Source of the DNA: an uncultured Methanomicrobiales archaeon
Lineage (GTDB): Archaea > Halobacteriota > Methanomicrobia > Methanomicrobiales > Methanospirillaceae
Assembly (NCBI GenBank): GCA_963697895.1
Contig: OY969100.1
Location: 800,001 to 864,000 of the forward strand
Reading direction: 5' to 3'
Length of the DNA: 64,000 nucleotides
Shown piece by piece: positions 10,551-21,355 of this stretch. The translations under genes and the position numbers were made by a program. The notes below the pieces were generated by a model. The model saw only the letters and a program-made list of their open reading frames with translations, was not told the DNA's origin and did not search any database. Numbering within the stretch: position 1 is the first letter of the stretch; each line of letters starts with the position of its first letter.

Positions 10551-13023
10551 CTACCCCAAGCCAAACTGCGCGAGCGTTGTCCGTGAGGGGTCGATGTCAC
10601 TCCAATCCCAGCCGAGCGACTCGATGATCCGGGAGATCGGTTGTTTCAATGTTTTTTCGAGCATCATCTCCCAGTCTATCATAAATTCCGGAGGAACCTG
10701 GTCTCCGTACTCGAAACAGAGCACGTCCGTCCTCGGATATTTGGATGTGACATGTTTTACATAGACCCGTTTTGGTTTGCTTCCCTTGGAAAATTCCATA
10801 CCAAGATGCTCGTTTGCATAACGGGCTCCACGAACATGTGCCTCATCCGTCTGGTAGTCCCCCAGGTGTTTCCCAAAACCTCCGGGTATTCCGATTTCGT
10901 CAAGGGGGTACCGGCCGTTCCGGTAGTTCCTGATCACCTCGCGAAGATACTCCCGGATCGCATCGTAGTTCTCACCACGGAGGATCATCTCGATAATCCG
11001 CTGTTGCACCTGTTTGGTGATCAGAGGATAGTCACTTCTCCGAATTTCAAATCCAACAACATCGATCTCGTCAGCCTCCTTGCCTTCCTTCCAGATGAGA
11101 TGCCCGGCATACCGTTTCTTTTTCCCTGCCTGGAAGAACCGGCCGTACACTTTCTCAAACTTGATCGAGAAGAAATGCCGTTCTGCATTCAGTTCACGGC
11201 GTGCGAAATCTCCGTAACTATCGTTCACGGCCTGTTCGATCCTTCGGGCGATGACGATGACTTCCGACAGGTCCCCCGGTGGGAGAACAACCATGCATGA
11301 ATCGGTATCCCCATAGATGACGTGAAATCCCTGTTCTTCAATAACCCTGCGGGTGTGTTCGATGATTGCCCGCCCTATCGAAGTGATGGCCGAACCAATC
11401 TCCCGGTCATAAAGGCGGAACCGTGCGTACCCGGAAACTCCATAATAAGTGTTCATGATCACCTTCAGCACATTCTGCTGGGTGTCATATATTTGGTAAG
11501 CGGAGGATCCGAATGGGTACTCGATCTCTTTTTTGTTTTCTCCGGTCCCGTTCTTTCAGGAGTTCGCTGATGATGCTCCTCGTCAGTCCATCTGGCGACT
11601 TTCTGAACCGGATACCATTCGGTGCCTTCAATTCACCCAGCGGGTCTTTCACCTCGGGTGACGCATTCACGGTCATCATCGCCATCGGGTAGAGCGATTT
11701 GAGATCCAGCACAACCACATTCTCTTTTACACCCCGGGTCGGATCAAAGACAGTTGCTCCCTCGAATTCTTCGCCGGTGACAAATCCCTTGGAGGGGAGG
11801 ACAAATCTCCCGTGTGCTTTCCGGAGGATATAGATATCGATCACGTTTGATGAATTGAGGGTACGATCGAGCGGGCAGCCGACATAGCGTGCAATTTCCC
11901 GGTAAAACTCGATGATCCTGTTTTTATTGTTTATCCCGACGCAGAGCTCGACATCCTTGAAATTATATTCGACGAGGAGTCCCTTGTCCTCACGCCAGAG
12001 GTCGCTGATGCGGCCCTTGTACCGCACCTTTGTGTCACCCAGCTCCGCATCTGCCACCGCATCGAGGCGATAAGATTCCCGCTGGGTTGCATGCATCTTT
12101 TTGTATGCAGGCAGCAGATCGAAGATCACCCTTCCGCGGATTGCGTTCCGTTCAGTCTGGCCCTCGAGCCGGGAGAGACTGGTTGCAGAGAGCCCGAGGA
12201 CCTCCATCCGCTTCATAATATACGGAATATCAAATTCAAGGATATTCCACCCCGAGAATATATCAGGGTCCTGACTTCGGATGTACCCGGCGAGATCTTT
12301 CAGGAGTACCGTTTCGTTGCAGAATATTCTTACTTTATGGGTGGCGTCGCAAAAACAGCCGTTTTTTAGACCTCCTTCCGCAAACAAAGCTGAAAAATCT
12401 TCTTCATTTTCCTCGCTGTCAAGGAGGAAACTGGTATAGATACCATCAAATGAATCCCAGCAGGTAACACAGATGATTTTATCACGTTCCGGGTCTGGGA
12501 ATCCCCGCTCATCCTCGCACTCTATATCCAGAAAACAGAGGCGTGCGGGTGCATTCACTTCAGCCCCGGCAGACTCGCGGTAATCCGAGGGGTTTCCGTT
12601 TGTAGTCACCCCTCCGGTAAGACCGGTATCTATCATGAAACGGGTTGCGAATGGAATATCTGCCTCATAGTGAGGATTGTACCGATCACGGACATCCCTG
12701 ACATCGGTTGGTCTCCGGGTATACAACCTCCTCAATGGTTCACCCCGAATGGAGCTGTACTCGCGGCTGGTATCCACCGTCACCTGTTCAGGGAGTCCCA
12801 CACCGTCCACCTGACTGACCGGGGCGTAGAAATAAGGCCGAAATCCTGTCACTTCCAGGTGAACCGCCTGGCCCGATTCACGGCGCCCGAATACGTGAAT
12901 AACAGGCCCGAAGGAGGTGTTGGTGTATTCCACCTGAAAGATGCCGATCTTCAGCTCCTGGAAAGATGTTAATGTGCAGATTGTGACAGGTTCCGCAGTT
13001 TGTGGTACTGATTTTTCCATCAT
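10551..13023 (-). CDS. polB: Family B DNA polymerase (replicative/repair type), interrupted by one +1 frameshift near 11520
   Basis: ExoI FLDIEC, ExoII GWN...FD, ExoIII YNFKD and motif A DLKSLYP in ORF 11485-13179; motif B KVIMNTYYG, motif C YGDTDS, KKRY and C-terminal PIP-like TTLAQF in ORF 10551-11471. Confidence 0.9.
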
Positions 13024-13030
13024 AAATCTA

Positions 13031-13897
13031 TCAGATATTGATCTCCTCACAGAGTTGCCGGATAAAGGAACCGGCCTCGGCAAATTTCCTGCTTTCCCAG
13101 GGATCCAAGGACCATTCGGGAATTTCATGGATGCCACCTCTCCCGACTCTGGCTGGTACCCCAACGGAACACTGGTCAAGTCCGTACTGTCCTTCGAGGA
13201 TGCATGAACAGCTGATTAAGGACCGGGAATCCCGGGCAATCATATCGATCAGGCTGGATATATGGAATCCCGGGCCAAATACCGTGCCCCCTTTCCCCCG
13301 GATAACTTCCATGCTCGAACTCCTGAGCCCCTGAAGGATCTCTTCGCGGATTTCTTCGGTCACCGGCACGGGGAGGCGTGAAAAGAGCGGTACCTGGTGT
13401 TCACCATGTTCCCCGATGACGCATGCGTTCCCGTGAATATTTCGTTCCCTGATCGCAAGTCCAAACCGGGCACTATCCAGTTGTCCGCCAAATCCGATAC
13501 ACCGGGAAGGTTCAAGCCCGGCTTTCCGATGAAGGTAATAGTTATTCGGGTCCATAGGATTGGTCACCGTGATGAGTACCCCGCCAAACCCGTGGAGAAG
13601 ACCGCTACATTCGGATGCTACGGGCAGATTTGCATCAAGCAGATCGGCCCGTGTTTTAACGGCAGGATTTCGAGGCAATCCTGCCGAAAAGACGCAGATA
13701 TCGGAATTTTTTACGGAGTGTACATCCGTGCTGATGGGAATATCGATACCGGTGTGCCGGAGGTCGAGCACCTGTGATTTCAGGAGGGGGGAATAGACAT
13801 CATACAGAATGATCTCATCCACGGAGCCCATGAGGGATGAGAGAAATGCTACCTCACCTCCAACTTTCCCCACGCCCAGCACCGAGAGGGTTGTCAT
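13031..13897 (-). CDS. mdh: Malate/lactate dehydrogenase family protein
   Basis: GVGKVG Rossmann motif, SAGLPR...TRADLL..N, VTNPMD, LDSAR, IGEHGE. Confidence 0.85.
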   Translation of the reverse strand: MTTLSVLGVGKVGGEVAFLSSLMGSVDEIILYDVYSPLLKSQVLDLRHTGIDIPISTDVHSVKNSDICVFSAGLPRNPAVKTRADLLDANLPVASECSGLLHGFGGVLITVTNPMDPNNYYLHRKAGLEPSRCIGFGGQLDSARFGLAIRERNIHGNACVIGEHGEHQVPLFSRLPVPVTEEIREEILQGLRSSSMEVIRGKGGTVFGPGFHISSLIDMIARDSRSLISCSCILEGQYGLDQCSVGVPARVGRGGIHEIPEWSLDPWESRKFAEAGSFIRQLCEEINI

Positions 13898-13957
13898 CGG
13901 GTATACTATGGGTCGCCTCAGAATAAATAATTACAATTACGCCCAACCTCACGAGTC

Positions 13958-14845
13958 ATGGTGCACCTGATGCCTGAGCCGGTCAGGGTAGGCGGCATTG
14001 ATCTGCATAATCACCTGTTGCTCGCTGCGGGTATTCTCGGCACAACAGGGGCTTCTCTCGCCCGCATGCTTCGTTCAGGGGCTGGAGGGGTGGTAACCAA
14101 ATCAATCGGACTCGTTCCCCTGGCAGGGCATCCCGGCCCCTGTCTCATCAGTGTTGACGGTGGATTCATCAACGCAATGGGCCTCCCCAATCCTTCGCAT
14201 GCTTTTCTCGAAGAACTTGCGGCAATTCATGGTGGGCCGGTGATAGCGAGCATATTCGGCGGGAGCCCGGAAGAGTTCAGGGAAGTTGCCTCCTGGTTTG
14301 CCGAAAAGGTCGCGGGGATCGAACTCAATTTAAGCTGTCCCCATGCCGCCGGGTACGGAGCAGCTCTCGGCAGTGACCCTGATCTCGTGCGGGAGTGCAC
14401 GAAGGCGGTCCATTCCGTGGGTTTGCCGGTCTGGGTTAAACTGACCCCGAATGTTACCGATATCACGGCGTGCGGGGCGGCGGCAGAGGAAGGGGGTGCA
14501 GATGCCATTGTCGCAATCAATACAGTGAAGGCGATGCGCATCTCGATAGGATTTCGTCGCCCGGTTCTGGGCAACAGATTCGGGGGCCTTTCCGGAAAGG
14601 CAATCTTTCCGATAGCCATCCGGTGTGTTTATGACCTCTACGAAACCTGTTCAATTCCGATAATCGGGTGCGGAGGGATCTCTTCCGCTGAGGATGTCGT
14701 CGAGATGATGATGGCCGGAGCATCAGCAGTGGAGATTGGAAGCGCTGTCTATGAAGATATTCAACTATTCAGTACGATCGCGAAGGCATTGTATCAGGCA
14801 GACGGTCTTGATAGCAGAGAGATCGTGGGATGTGCCCATGAATAG
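13958..14845 (+). CDS. pyrD: Dihydroorotate dehydrogenase, catalytic subunit
   Basis: INAMGLPNP, ELNLSCPH, VKLTPNVTDI, AINT, GGLSG, GGI. Confidence 0.93.
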   Translation: MVHLMPEPVRVGGIDLHNHLLLAAGILGTTGASLARMLRSGAGGVVTKSIGLVPLAGHPGPCLISVDGGFINAMGLPNPSHAFLEELAAIHGGPVIASIFGGSPEEFREVASWFAEKVAGIELNLSCPHAAGYGAALGSDPDLVRECTKAVHSVGLPVWVKLTPNVTDITACGAAAEEGGADAIVAINTVKAMRISIGFRRPVLGNRFGGLSGKAIFPIAIRCVYDLYETCSIPIIGCGGISSAEDVVEMMMAGASAVEIGSAVYEDIQLFSTIAKALYQADGLDSREIVGCAHE

Positions 14846-15605
14846 CCTGATGCCCGTCTGTGCAACAATCCAGGGAATAACAGAGTACTCTCCGTCTATC
14901 CGGGTGTATCACCTTGATCATCGCTTTTCCTTTATTCCCGGACAGTTCATCATGGTGTGGATTCCGGGTGTGGATGAGGTCCCGATGGCGCTCTCTTCCG
15001 AATCCTCTATCACCGTTCAGCGGGTGGGAGACGCCACCGCTGCCCTGTTCGGGTATTCCGCCGGGGACAAGATAGGTTTGCGAGGGCCATTTGGAAACGG
15101 GTTTACTGTTCAGGGGAGGGTTCTGGCGGTTGCGGGAGGGATTGGTGTCGCCCCCCTTTTCCCGCTTGCACGGACCGGTCAGGTAGACACCTTTCTCCTC
15201 GGTGCCCGGTCCTCGGATGAGCTTCTCTTCACCGATGAGCTGTCGGCCTGTACCGACCTGCATATTGCAACCGATGATGGTTCAGCAGGAAGGAGCGGAT
15301 ATGTCGTCCCGCTCATGGACTCTTTCGATATCCCATCGTATGATCATATCTGCGTCTGCGGACCGGAATTGATGATGCGGTCAATACTTCAACTCCTGGA
15401 TGCGAATGGGATCGCTGATCGGGGCCAGTTCAGCCTCCACCGGTACCTGAAATGCGGCATGGGCATCTGCGGTTCCTGTAGTATGGATCCCGATGGCCTC
15501 CGGGTCTGTACGGACGGCCCTGTATTCCGGGGGGATATCCTTCTTGAAAGCGAATTCGGGCATTATACACGAGATGCCAGTGGAAGACGCAAGCCATTTT
15601 CATAG
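14838..15605 (+). CDS. pyrK: Dihydroorotate dehydrogenase electron-transfer subunit
   Basis: PGQFIM, RGPFGNGF, GGIGVAP, TDDGS, CGPELMM, KCGMGICGSC...VCTDGPVF; overlaps the pyrD end. Confidence 0.92.
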   Translation: MNSLMPVCATIQGITEYSPSIRVYHLDHRFSFIPGQFIMVWIPGVDEVPMALSSESSITVQRVGDATAALFGYSAGDKIGLRGPFGNGFTVQGRVLAVAGGIGVAPLFPLARTGQVDTFLLGARSSDELLFTDELSACTDLHIATDDGSAGRSGYVVPLMDSFDIPSYDHICVCGPELMMRSILQLLDANGIADRGQFSLHRYLKCGMGICGSCSMDPDGLRVCTDGPVFRGDILLESEFGHYTRDASGRRKPFS

Positions 15606-15743
15606 CCGTTCAGTTGGTTTGGTAAGTGGCATTCCTCGTTTCAGAGATTCTCATATAACATGTATTTTCCCATTTAACTCATGGTTTTGTCAAAAAATTC
15701 AATTAGAAAATTATTAATAAGACCAAAAAGGATTTCTATTTTG

Positions 15744-15784
15744 AACCTATACGAAATCGGCTTTAATAGGTTAATGGTATAGGT
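15744..15784 (+). promoter_or_regulatory. fdhC promoter: TATA-like CTTTAATA enclosed by inverted repeats
   Basis: ACCTATAC (15745-52)/GTATAGGT (15777-84) and AACCTAT (15744-50)/ATAGGTT (15766-72); RBS GAGAGGTG before ATG 15811. Confidence 0.45.
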
Positions 15785-15810
15785 AGGACATTGAGAGAGG
15801 TGTATTAAAC

Positions 15811-16696
15811 ATGGTATTTCATCCACCAGTGGCAGTTGTTGCCAAAGCTGGCGATGCTGGCAAGTACAAAGTAGGACTGCCGGCATGGAACATGATCCTT
15901 CGTGGATTCATGGCCGGTGCCTACATCGCTATGGGAGGTGCTCTTGCAACGGTCTGTAGCTACCGGGCTTGCCGCTGCCGGTGGCAGCGGTTCTGCAAGC
16001 GCAGGCTTTTCGCAGTTGATCCTGGGTGCGGTCTTCCCTGTAGGGCTTATTATCATCGTCCTGACGGGCGCCGAACTCTTTACCGGTGACGCGATGCTGG
16101 CCCCGATGGCGGCGTTCATTCACAAGATCACCTGGGCACAGGTCGGGAAACTCTGGCTCTGGGTGTACATCGGGAACTTCATCGGTTCGATTGTCTATGC
16201 ATATATCATGGCATACGGACCGTTCGTCTCCGTGAACGCGACCACACAGGCACTCACCGCAACAGCATTCGGGACAAGAGCGATTCAAATCGCAGCAGCA
16301 AAAGTCCAGTATGTCGGGTTCATGGGTATGTGGAGTGCATTCCTGAAGGCGGTCGCTTGTAACTGGCTCGTTAACCTGGCCATACTGCTTGGTATTTGTG
16401 CCGACGACCTGATTGGTAAGTTCTTTGGGATCTGGTTCCCGATCATGGCCTTCGTTTCATCCGGGTTCGAGCACTCGGTCGCGAACATGTACTTCATCTC
16501 CGCGGGTATCTTTACGCAGCCTTTCGCCAACCAGACTGTCGTATCGGCGTATACAGGGTTCCAAAACCTTAATTGGGCCGGATTCTGGCTGAATAACATG
16601 ATCATCGTCACCATCGGAAACATCGTTGGTGGTATGTTCTTCGTCGGTGTCATCTACTGGGTCGCATTCCGGAAGGAGATCGCAGCCCTTAAGTAA
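15811..16696 (+). CDS. fdhC: Formate/nitrite transporter (FNT) family, FdhC-like; one +1 frameshift at about 15960
   Basis: MVFHPP...RGFMAGAYIAMG..ATVCS in frame 1, then TG...GAVFPVGL..LTGAELFTG, GNFIG, CNWLVNLA, GFEHSVANMY, GNIVGG in frame 2. Confidence 0.88.
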
Positions 16697-16717
16697 GGTA
16701 CAGAAGAAGTACTCTGG

Positions 16718-17239
16718 ATGAAGATCGGAAATATCGACGTGAGGATATCAATCGTCGCACTTGCGGTGGTTCTTGTCTTCGCATTTTTTTTATCTTTTGC
16801 ATATCTGCAGTCCCAGGACATAAACATCCTTATATGGGGCATTCCCGCCCTCCTCCTGCTTTTGATAGTACCGATGGCGCTCAACTACATGAGCCAGAAG
16901 GAGTATGCGGATCTGGTACCGCAATATGAGTCCTATGCAAAAAATGTGCGTATCAGAATGATTAACCCCACGATGGAGGGCCAGATCATTCGTATCGAGG
17001 GTGTTGTCGAACGCAAGCATTTTCAGATATTTAACCGGCCCCAGTTTGTCATCGCAGACCGGACCGGTGAGATCTCGGTAAAGATGTTTACCAGCCCGGC
17101 GGAGCGTATCAACAAGGATGATGTGGTCGAGGTCCTTGGCAAAGTTATGAAGAGGTATATTCTGGGAGGGGATCCTACGGTGAATGCGGTGTCTATCCGG
17201 AAGATCCAGAAAAAGCAGGACGTTGGAGGGAAAGATTAG
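16718..17239 (+). CDS. Membrane-anchored OB-fold protein
   Basis: Two N-terminal TM helices, then IEGVVE...FVIADRTGEISVKMF...DDVVEVLGKV OB-fold pattern. Confidence 0.75.
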   Translation: MKIGNIDVRISIVALAVVLVFAFFLSFAYLQSQDINILIWGIPALLLLLIVPMALNYMSQKEYADLVPQYESYAKNVRIRMINPTMEGQIIRIEGVVERKHFQIFNRPQFVIADRTGEISVKMFTSPAERINKDDVVEVLGKVMKRYILGGDPTVNAVSIRKIQKKQDVGGKD

Positions 17240-17592
17240 AGCTTTCTTCCCGAAGCCTCATTCCTGAATATTAGCAACTTTTCTAAATAGTTGATCTGGG
17301 CACGTATAGTCAAAAGCCCATAATTCAAACTTTAATCGGTGGAATGCATATTTTGCTGGTTCTATCTATTCTTCCCGGAAAAACCACATCCGGGTCGATT
17401 TCGGAACAGGGATTCCCATGGTAATGAGCACCGAAACAACCACTTTTCATGCCTTGACACTATTCAATTCCTGATAAAAGACCACGAGTCCTTCCGGATC
17501 GCGATTTGGAGAAACCTTCAAGGCATGTCGAAGGAATCCTCCCGTGCATAACTATTCTTATGAGGTACCTCTCATATTAGTATGGTGAATTT

Positions 17593-17772
17593 ATGTCAAA
17601 ACGGGCCGTGGACACGGTATTTCAGGCAATGTTCGCGCTGACGGACCTCCGGGTGTTGCTCAGGGAGACCGCCCCGTCTCACGAGTTTGACGCCGAGCAA
17701 CGCACCCGGGTGGCGATTCTTCTCATGGATCTGGAAAGCCAGGTGAAAATTCTCCGGGAGGAACTTTTCTGA
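17593..17772 (+). CDS. 59-aa helical protein coupled to pscS (candidate SepCysE-N-domain homolog, SepCysSn-like); absent from the ORF track
   Basis: MSKRAVDTVFQAMFALTDLRVLLRETAPSHEFDAEQRTRVAILLMDLESQVKILREELF*; GGTGA RBS; TGATG stop/start overlap with pscS. Confidence 0.75.
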   Translation: MSKRAVDTVFQAMFALTDLRVLLRETAPSHEFDAEQRTRVAILLMDLESQVKILREELF

Positions 17773-18953
17773 TGAAATGCGCAGGCCCGATTGAGGTCCG
17801 CGATGTAGAGGAGACCTCTATAAATATCGACCCCATTCAGGTCGGCGGTCGGCTCACCGCCGAGGCGATGAAGTCGATCATCGCCTATGGTGATGGGTAC
17901 TCGGTCTGCGATAACTGTCGGAAGCCATTCCGGCTTGATACTATCAGGACCCCCCCGGTCGATGCATTTCACCATGACCTCGCATCATTTGTGAATATGG
18001 ATGTAGCCCGGGTTGTTCCGGGGGCACGAAGGGGATTTCAGGCGGTAGCAGGTACATATGTTCGGAAGGGCGATCCGGTGCTGATCACCGCTCTCTCCCA
18101 CTACACCGAAGTGCTGGCAGTCGAAGCAACAGGCGGCATTCCATTGGAGATCCCTCAGACAGAAGAAAATATTATTACCGCAGAGGCTGCATCGGAAAAG
18201 CTGGAACAAGTCACCAGGGAGTTCGGCCGTCCTCCGGCACTTCTGTTTGTCGATCACATCGACTACCAGTTCGGAAACGAACATGAGGTGAGGGGTATCA
18301 TCAAAGCTGCCCATGAGTACGATGTTCCGGCCCTATACAATGGAGCATACACAATCGGCATTCTTCCTGTAGACGGGAAAGAGATCGGGGCTGATTTTGT
18401 TGTCGGTTCTGGTCATAAAAGTATGGCCTCACCTGCACCATCAGGAGTGCTTGCCGCAACGGCGGAGCGTGCACGGGATCTTTTCCGCACGACGACCACA
18501 AAAACCGATCTGACCGGGAGGACTTTCGGGGTAAAAGAGGTGGAGCTGATGGGATGCACCCTCATGGGGGTTACCCTTATCGGAATGATGGCATCATTCC
18601 CCCGGGTACGTGAACGGGTTCGCTCCTGGGATCGTGAACTCAGCCATGGCATGAAAGTGGTGGACGCCCTTGCGTCCATTGAAGGAACGCTGATAAAATC
18701 AGAATATCCGCGCAGACACACCCTGACCCGCGTTGACACGACCGCTTCTTTCGACCTTATCGCCCAAAAACATAAAAAAAGAGGCTTTTTCCTGCACAGC
18801 GCATTAAAGGAGCACGGTATTACCGGAATCATACCCGGCGCAACAAAAGTATGGAAATTCAATACCTATGGAATGACTGAGCGGCAGGCAGTACATGTCG
18901 CCGGATCCTTTGTAGAGATTGCAGAGGATAACGGTCTTCAGATCGGCCGTTGA
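17772..18953 (+). CDS. pscS: O-phospho-L-seryl-tRNA:Cys-tRNA synthase (SepCysS)
   Basis: INIDPIQVGGRL, GDGYSVCDNC, GARRG, SHYT, NGAY, PLP-lysine motif SGHKSM, LMGCT. Confidence 0.93.
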   Translation: MKCAGPIEVRDVEETSINIDPIQVGGRLTAEAMKSIIAYGDGYSVCDNCRKPFRLDTIRTPPVDAFHHDLASFVNMDVARVVPGARRGFQAVAGTYVRKGDPVLITALSHYTEVLAVEATGGIPLEIPQTEENIITAEAASEKLEQVTREFGRPPALLFVDHIDYQFGNEHEVRGIIKAAHEYDVPALYNGAYTIGILPVDGKEIGADFVVGSGHKSMASPAPSGVLAATAERARDLFRTTTTKTDLTGRTFGVKEVELMGCTLMGVTLIGMMASFPRVRERVRSWDRELSHGMKVVDALASIEGTLIKSEYPRRHTLTRVDTTASFDLIAQKHKKRGFFLHSALKEHGITGIIPGATKVWKFNTYGMTERQAVHVAGSFVEIAEDNGLQIGR

Positions 18954-19477
18954 TCGTGAACCGGCCGATCTTCTTTATCGGCAATCTCTTTCGTGATGAT
19001 CTTCATCTCGCAGTTCTTGTCTCCCATGCACATGCTCCTTACAAAGCGGAGTGTATACGCTGGATTAAGTGACTCAACGGCGCTGATAGAGAATGCGAGA
19101 CATTTATGGAAGAACAAATCATTCGGTTGTCCGGTCTCCAGTTCGCGAAGCAGGAGTGGGCACATTTTGATGAGTATTACCGCCTTTTCATGGTCGATAG
19201 CAATCGTCTCCTCCCGAAATTCAGGCCCGAAAAAGACCGATGAAACAATCCCGAGGGTCCTGGCGACATCCCCGGCAGTGCCGACCGGCAGCTGATGGGA
19301 ATCGGCAACAGAACGAGCCTGCCTCCCGATCGCAATCCATATCCCATGTTCCATCTCGTCATAACGATCCGTCATAGCATGACGAAAAACCAAATCATAA
19401 TGGATTGGAAGTGACGAGGCGAGATGCGCCGCAATTTGCCATTTCATCCGGTCGGGGATGGAATCAAGATCCGGCAT
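18938..19477 (-). CDS. Hypothetical protein with V4R-like C-terminus
   Basis: KMCPLL...HKC...RSMCMGDKNCEMKI pattern. Confidence 0.65.
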   Translation of the reverse strand: MPDLDSIPDRMKWQIAAHLASSLPIHYDLVFRHAMTDRYDEMEHGIWIAIGRQARSVADSHQLPVGTAGDVARTLGIVSSVFFGPEFREETIAIDHEKAVILIKMCPLLLRELETGQPNDLFFHKCLAFSISAVESLNPAYTLRFVRSMCMGDKNCEMKIITKEIADKEDRPVHDQRPI

Positions 19478-19700
19478 CGTTATCAGATTCCCTTTGCACG
19501 CCTGTAGGTAAAAATCCACCCTTTATTGCCAGGCTCCTAAAGAGCAATCTCTTGGGGTATGTCCTGAAGGACTGGAGGCATAGCGGTAAAACAGATCAAG
19601 CTGGTATATTTCCGGGGTGATCGGCATCTCCGCTACTTGCTTGTTTGAAATGCCCGATCATTACATATCAGATACCTTAGCGAGGCAATGAGCCATTCTC

Positions 19701-19714
19701 AACAAGTTTATATG
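19701..19714 (+). promoter_or_regulatory. BRE/TATA promoter of the DUF1059 gene
   Basis: AACAAG-TTTATATG about 40 nt upstream of ATG 19751; GGGTGA RBS. Confidence 0.55.
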
Positions 19715-19750
19715 TAATTGAACCAATCCAACGACGGGTGACACAAACAC

Positions 19751-19921
19751 ATGCCATCATTCAAGTGTAAGGATATCGGATTGGATTGCCCGTTTGAGAC
19801 AACCGCTCCAACAGAAGCCGAATTGATGAAAAAAATTGGCGAGCATGCAGAAAAAGCACACGGGATGAAGACCTTCACCCCGGAATTTCTCGCGAAGGTA
19901 AAAGGAGCCATTAAAAAATAG
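19751..19921 (+). CDS. DUF1059 small metal-binding protein; absent from the ORF track
   Basis: MPSFKCKDIGLDCPFETTAPTEAELMKKIGEHAEKAHGM...VKGAIKK* (C..G..C...H....HG signature); T-rich terminator-like tract follows. Confidence 0.85.
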   Translation: MPSFKCKDIGLDCPFETTAPTEAELMKKIGEHAEKAHGMKTFTPEFLAKVKGAIKK

Positions 19922-20172
19922 AACGTATTTTTATCCTCTCTTTTTAAATGTCTGCCAATGAAAAAACAAACCGGATGAAACGGGAAAGAGATCGAACAGG
20001 AATTACTGCCATCTCGTCTTCGAACATAACAATGGACTGATTCACATCACAACAGTGAAGCGGTGTCAGGCCCGGTAAGAGATTTGTTATCCACCAGGAT
20101 ATTTTATGCATGATGAACGGGAAAGGATCCCCTTTCTGAACTGGTTGAATAAGCCTGATAATGTCATCCAGG

Positions 20173-21355
20173 TCATTGCTCTTTGATGATCGTTCCGTTG
20201 ACAGCAGTGAGAAACCTGACACTTTCTACGGCAAAATCGACCAGCTGACTGGCATTGATCTCTGCTTCAGCCGAAAGGACATCCGGAAGTGCAGCGCTGG
20301 TGGAGGGCATATGCGGAACCGCTTTACAACTAAGGTCTCCGGTGCATTGATTGAATGTGCCGATCTTTCGTGCCAGAGCAATGATTTCGTCCTTGTCATA
20401 CGTGATAAGCGGACGGAGGACAGGAGCAGTTGAAACTGATGAGATAACACCGAGATTCGCGAGCGTCTGTGAAGCTGACCTGACCGAGGTTTTCGCCGGT
20501 GACCACAGCAAGTGCGTCGTTCCTTTCGAGGAGACGGCTTGCTGTCTGTATCATGAACCGCTTGCAGAGGATGCAGCGAAGGCGAGGGGAAACTGCGGCA
20601 ACCATCGCATCGTAGAATGGTTCGGTGTCGACTCGAAGCAGCTGCAGGGGAAACCCACGGCACCATTCAGATAATTTACGATGATTTTCAAATGCTGTCT
20701 CCCTGACATCACAACCCGCCCATCGACCACCTTCCATATGCATATGGAGAACTTCGCAACCTCGCCTCATCATGAGCCAGGAAGCAACCGGAGAATCGAT
20801 ACCTGAAGACAGAAGCGAGATCACCCTTCCCTGAGTACCCCAGGGGAGACCCCCCGGTGCCTCAATCCGGCGATCATATATGATCCCTCCAAATTCACGC
20901 GCTTCGACGAAGATCTCGTATTCGGGCTCTTTCAGGTCAACATGCAGGCCGGGGTGCCGGCTGAGGACGGCAGCTCCGATCATTCCCGCGAGCTCCTGGC
21001 TGGAAAAACCCTCAACCCCCTGCCTCCGGGCCCTTACCGCAAAGCGCATTCCCTGATGAACGTGACCATTGATCGAATCTACAGCCGCTTGCATCATCTC
21101 CTCCGGCCGGTTGGACGTCAGGATACCGACACTCACATCCACTACTCCGAAGATCCGGGATACGACTGCGGAGATCTCTTCCGGTTTATCACCGTGAATA
21201 AGAAGGCGGCCGCGATGGAGTTCAAAACGGTGTGAAAGGCCCATGCTATCGAGTGCACGGGTGATATTCCGGGTGAGCAGCCCGATAAAGTGTCTTTTTA
21301 CCGGCTCGGATTTAAGAAAAAGTTCACCATACCGGATCATCACGATCTTCTTCAC
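20173..21355 (-). CDS. thiI: tRNA 4-thiouridine sulfurtransferase ThiI; one +1 frameshift at about 20476
   Basis: RYGELFLKS, THUMP domain, GGLPWGTQG, LLSSGIDSPVA, CILCKR, TGENLGQV | ASQTLANL, RPLITYDKDEI. Confidence 0.9.

Noticed and set aside
17403-17416. GGAA-N6-TTCC, the NrpR operator consensus
   Set aside because: About one match is expected by chance in 64 kb; it lies ~180 bp from the next start and the downstream genes are not nitrogen-assimilation genes
19944-20222. 92-aa ORF downstream of thiI
   Set aside because: No recognisable motif or RBS; overlaps the thiI end
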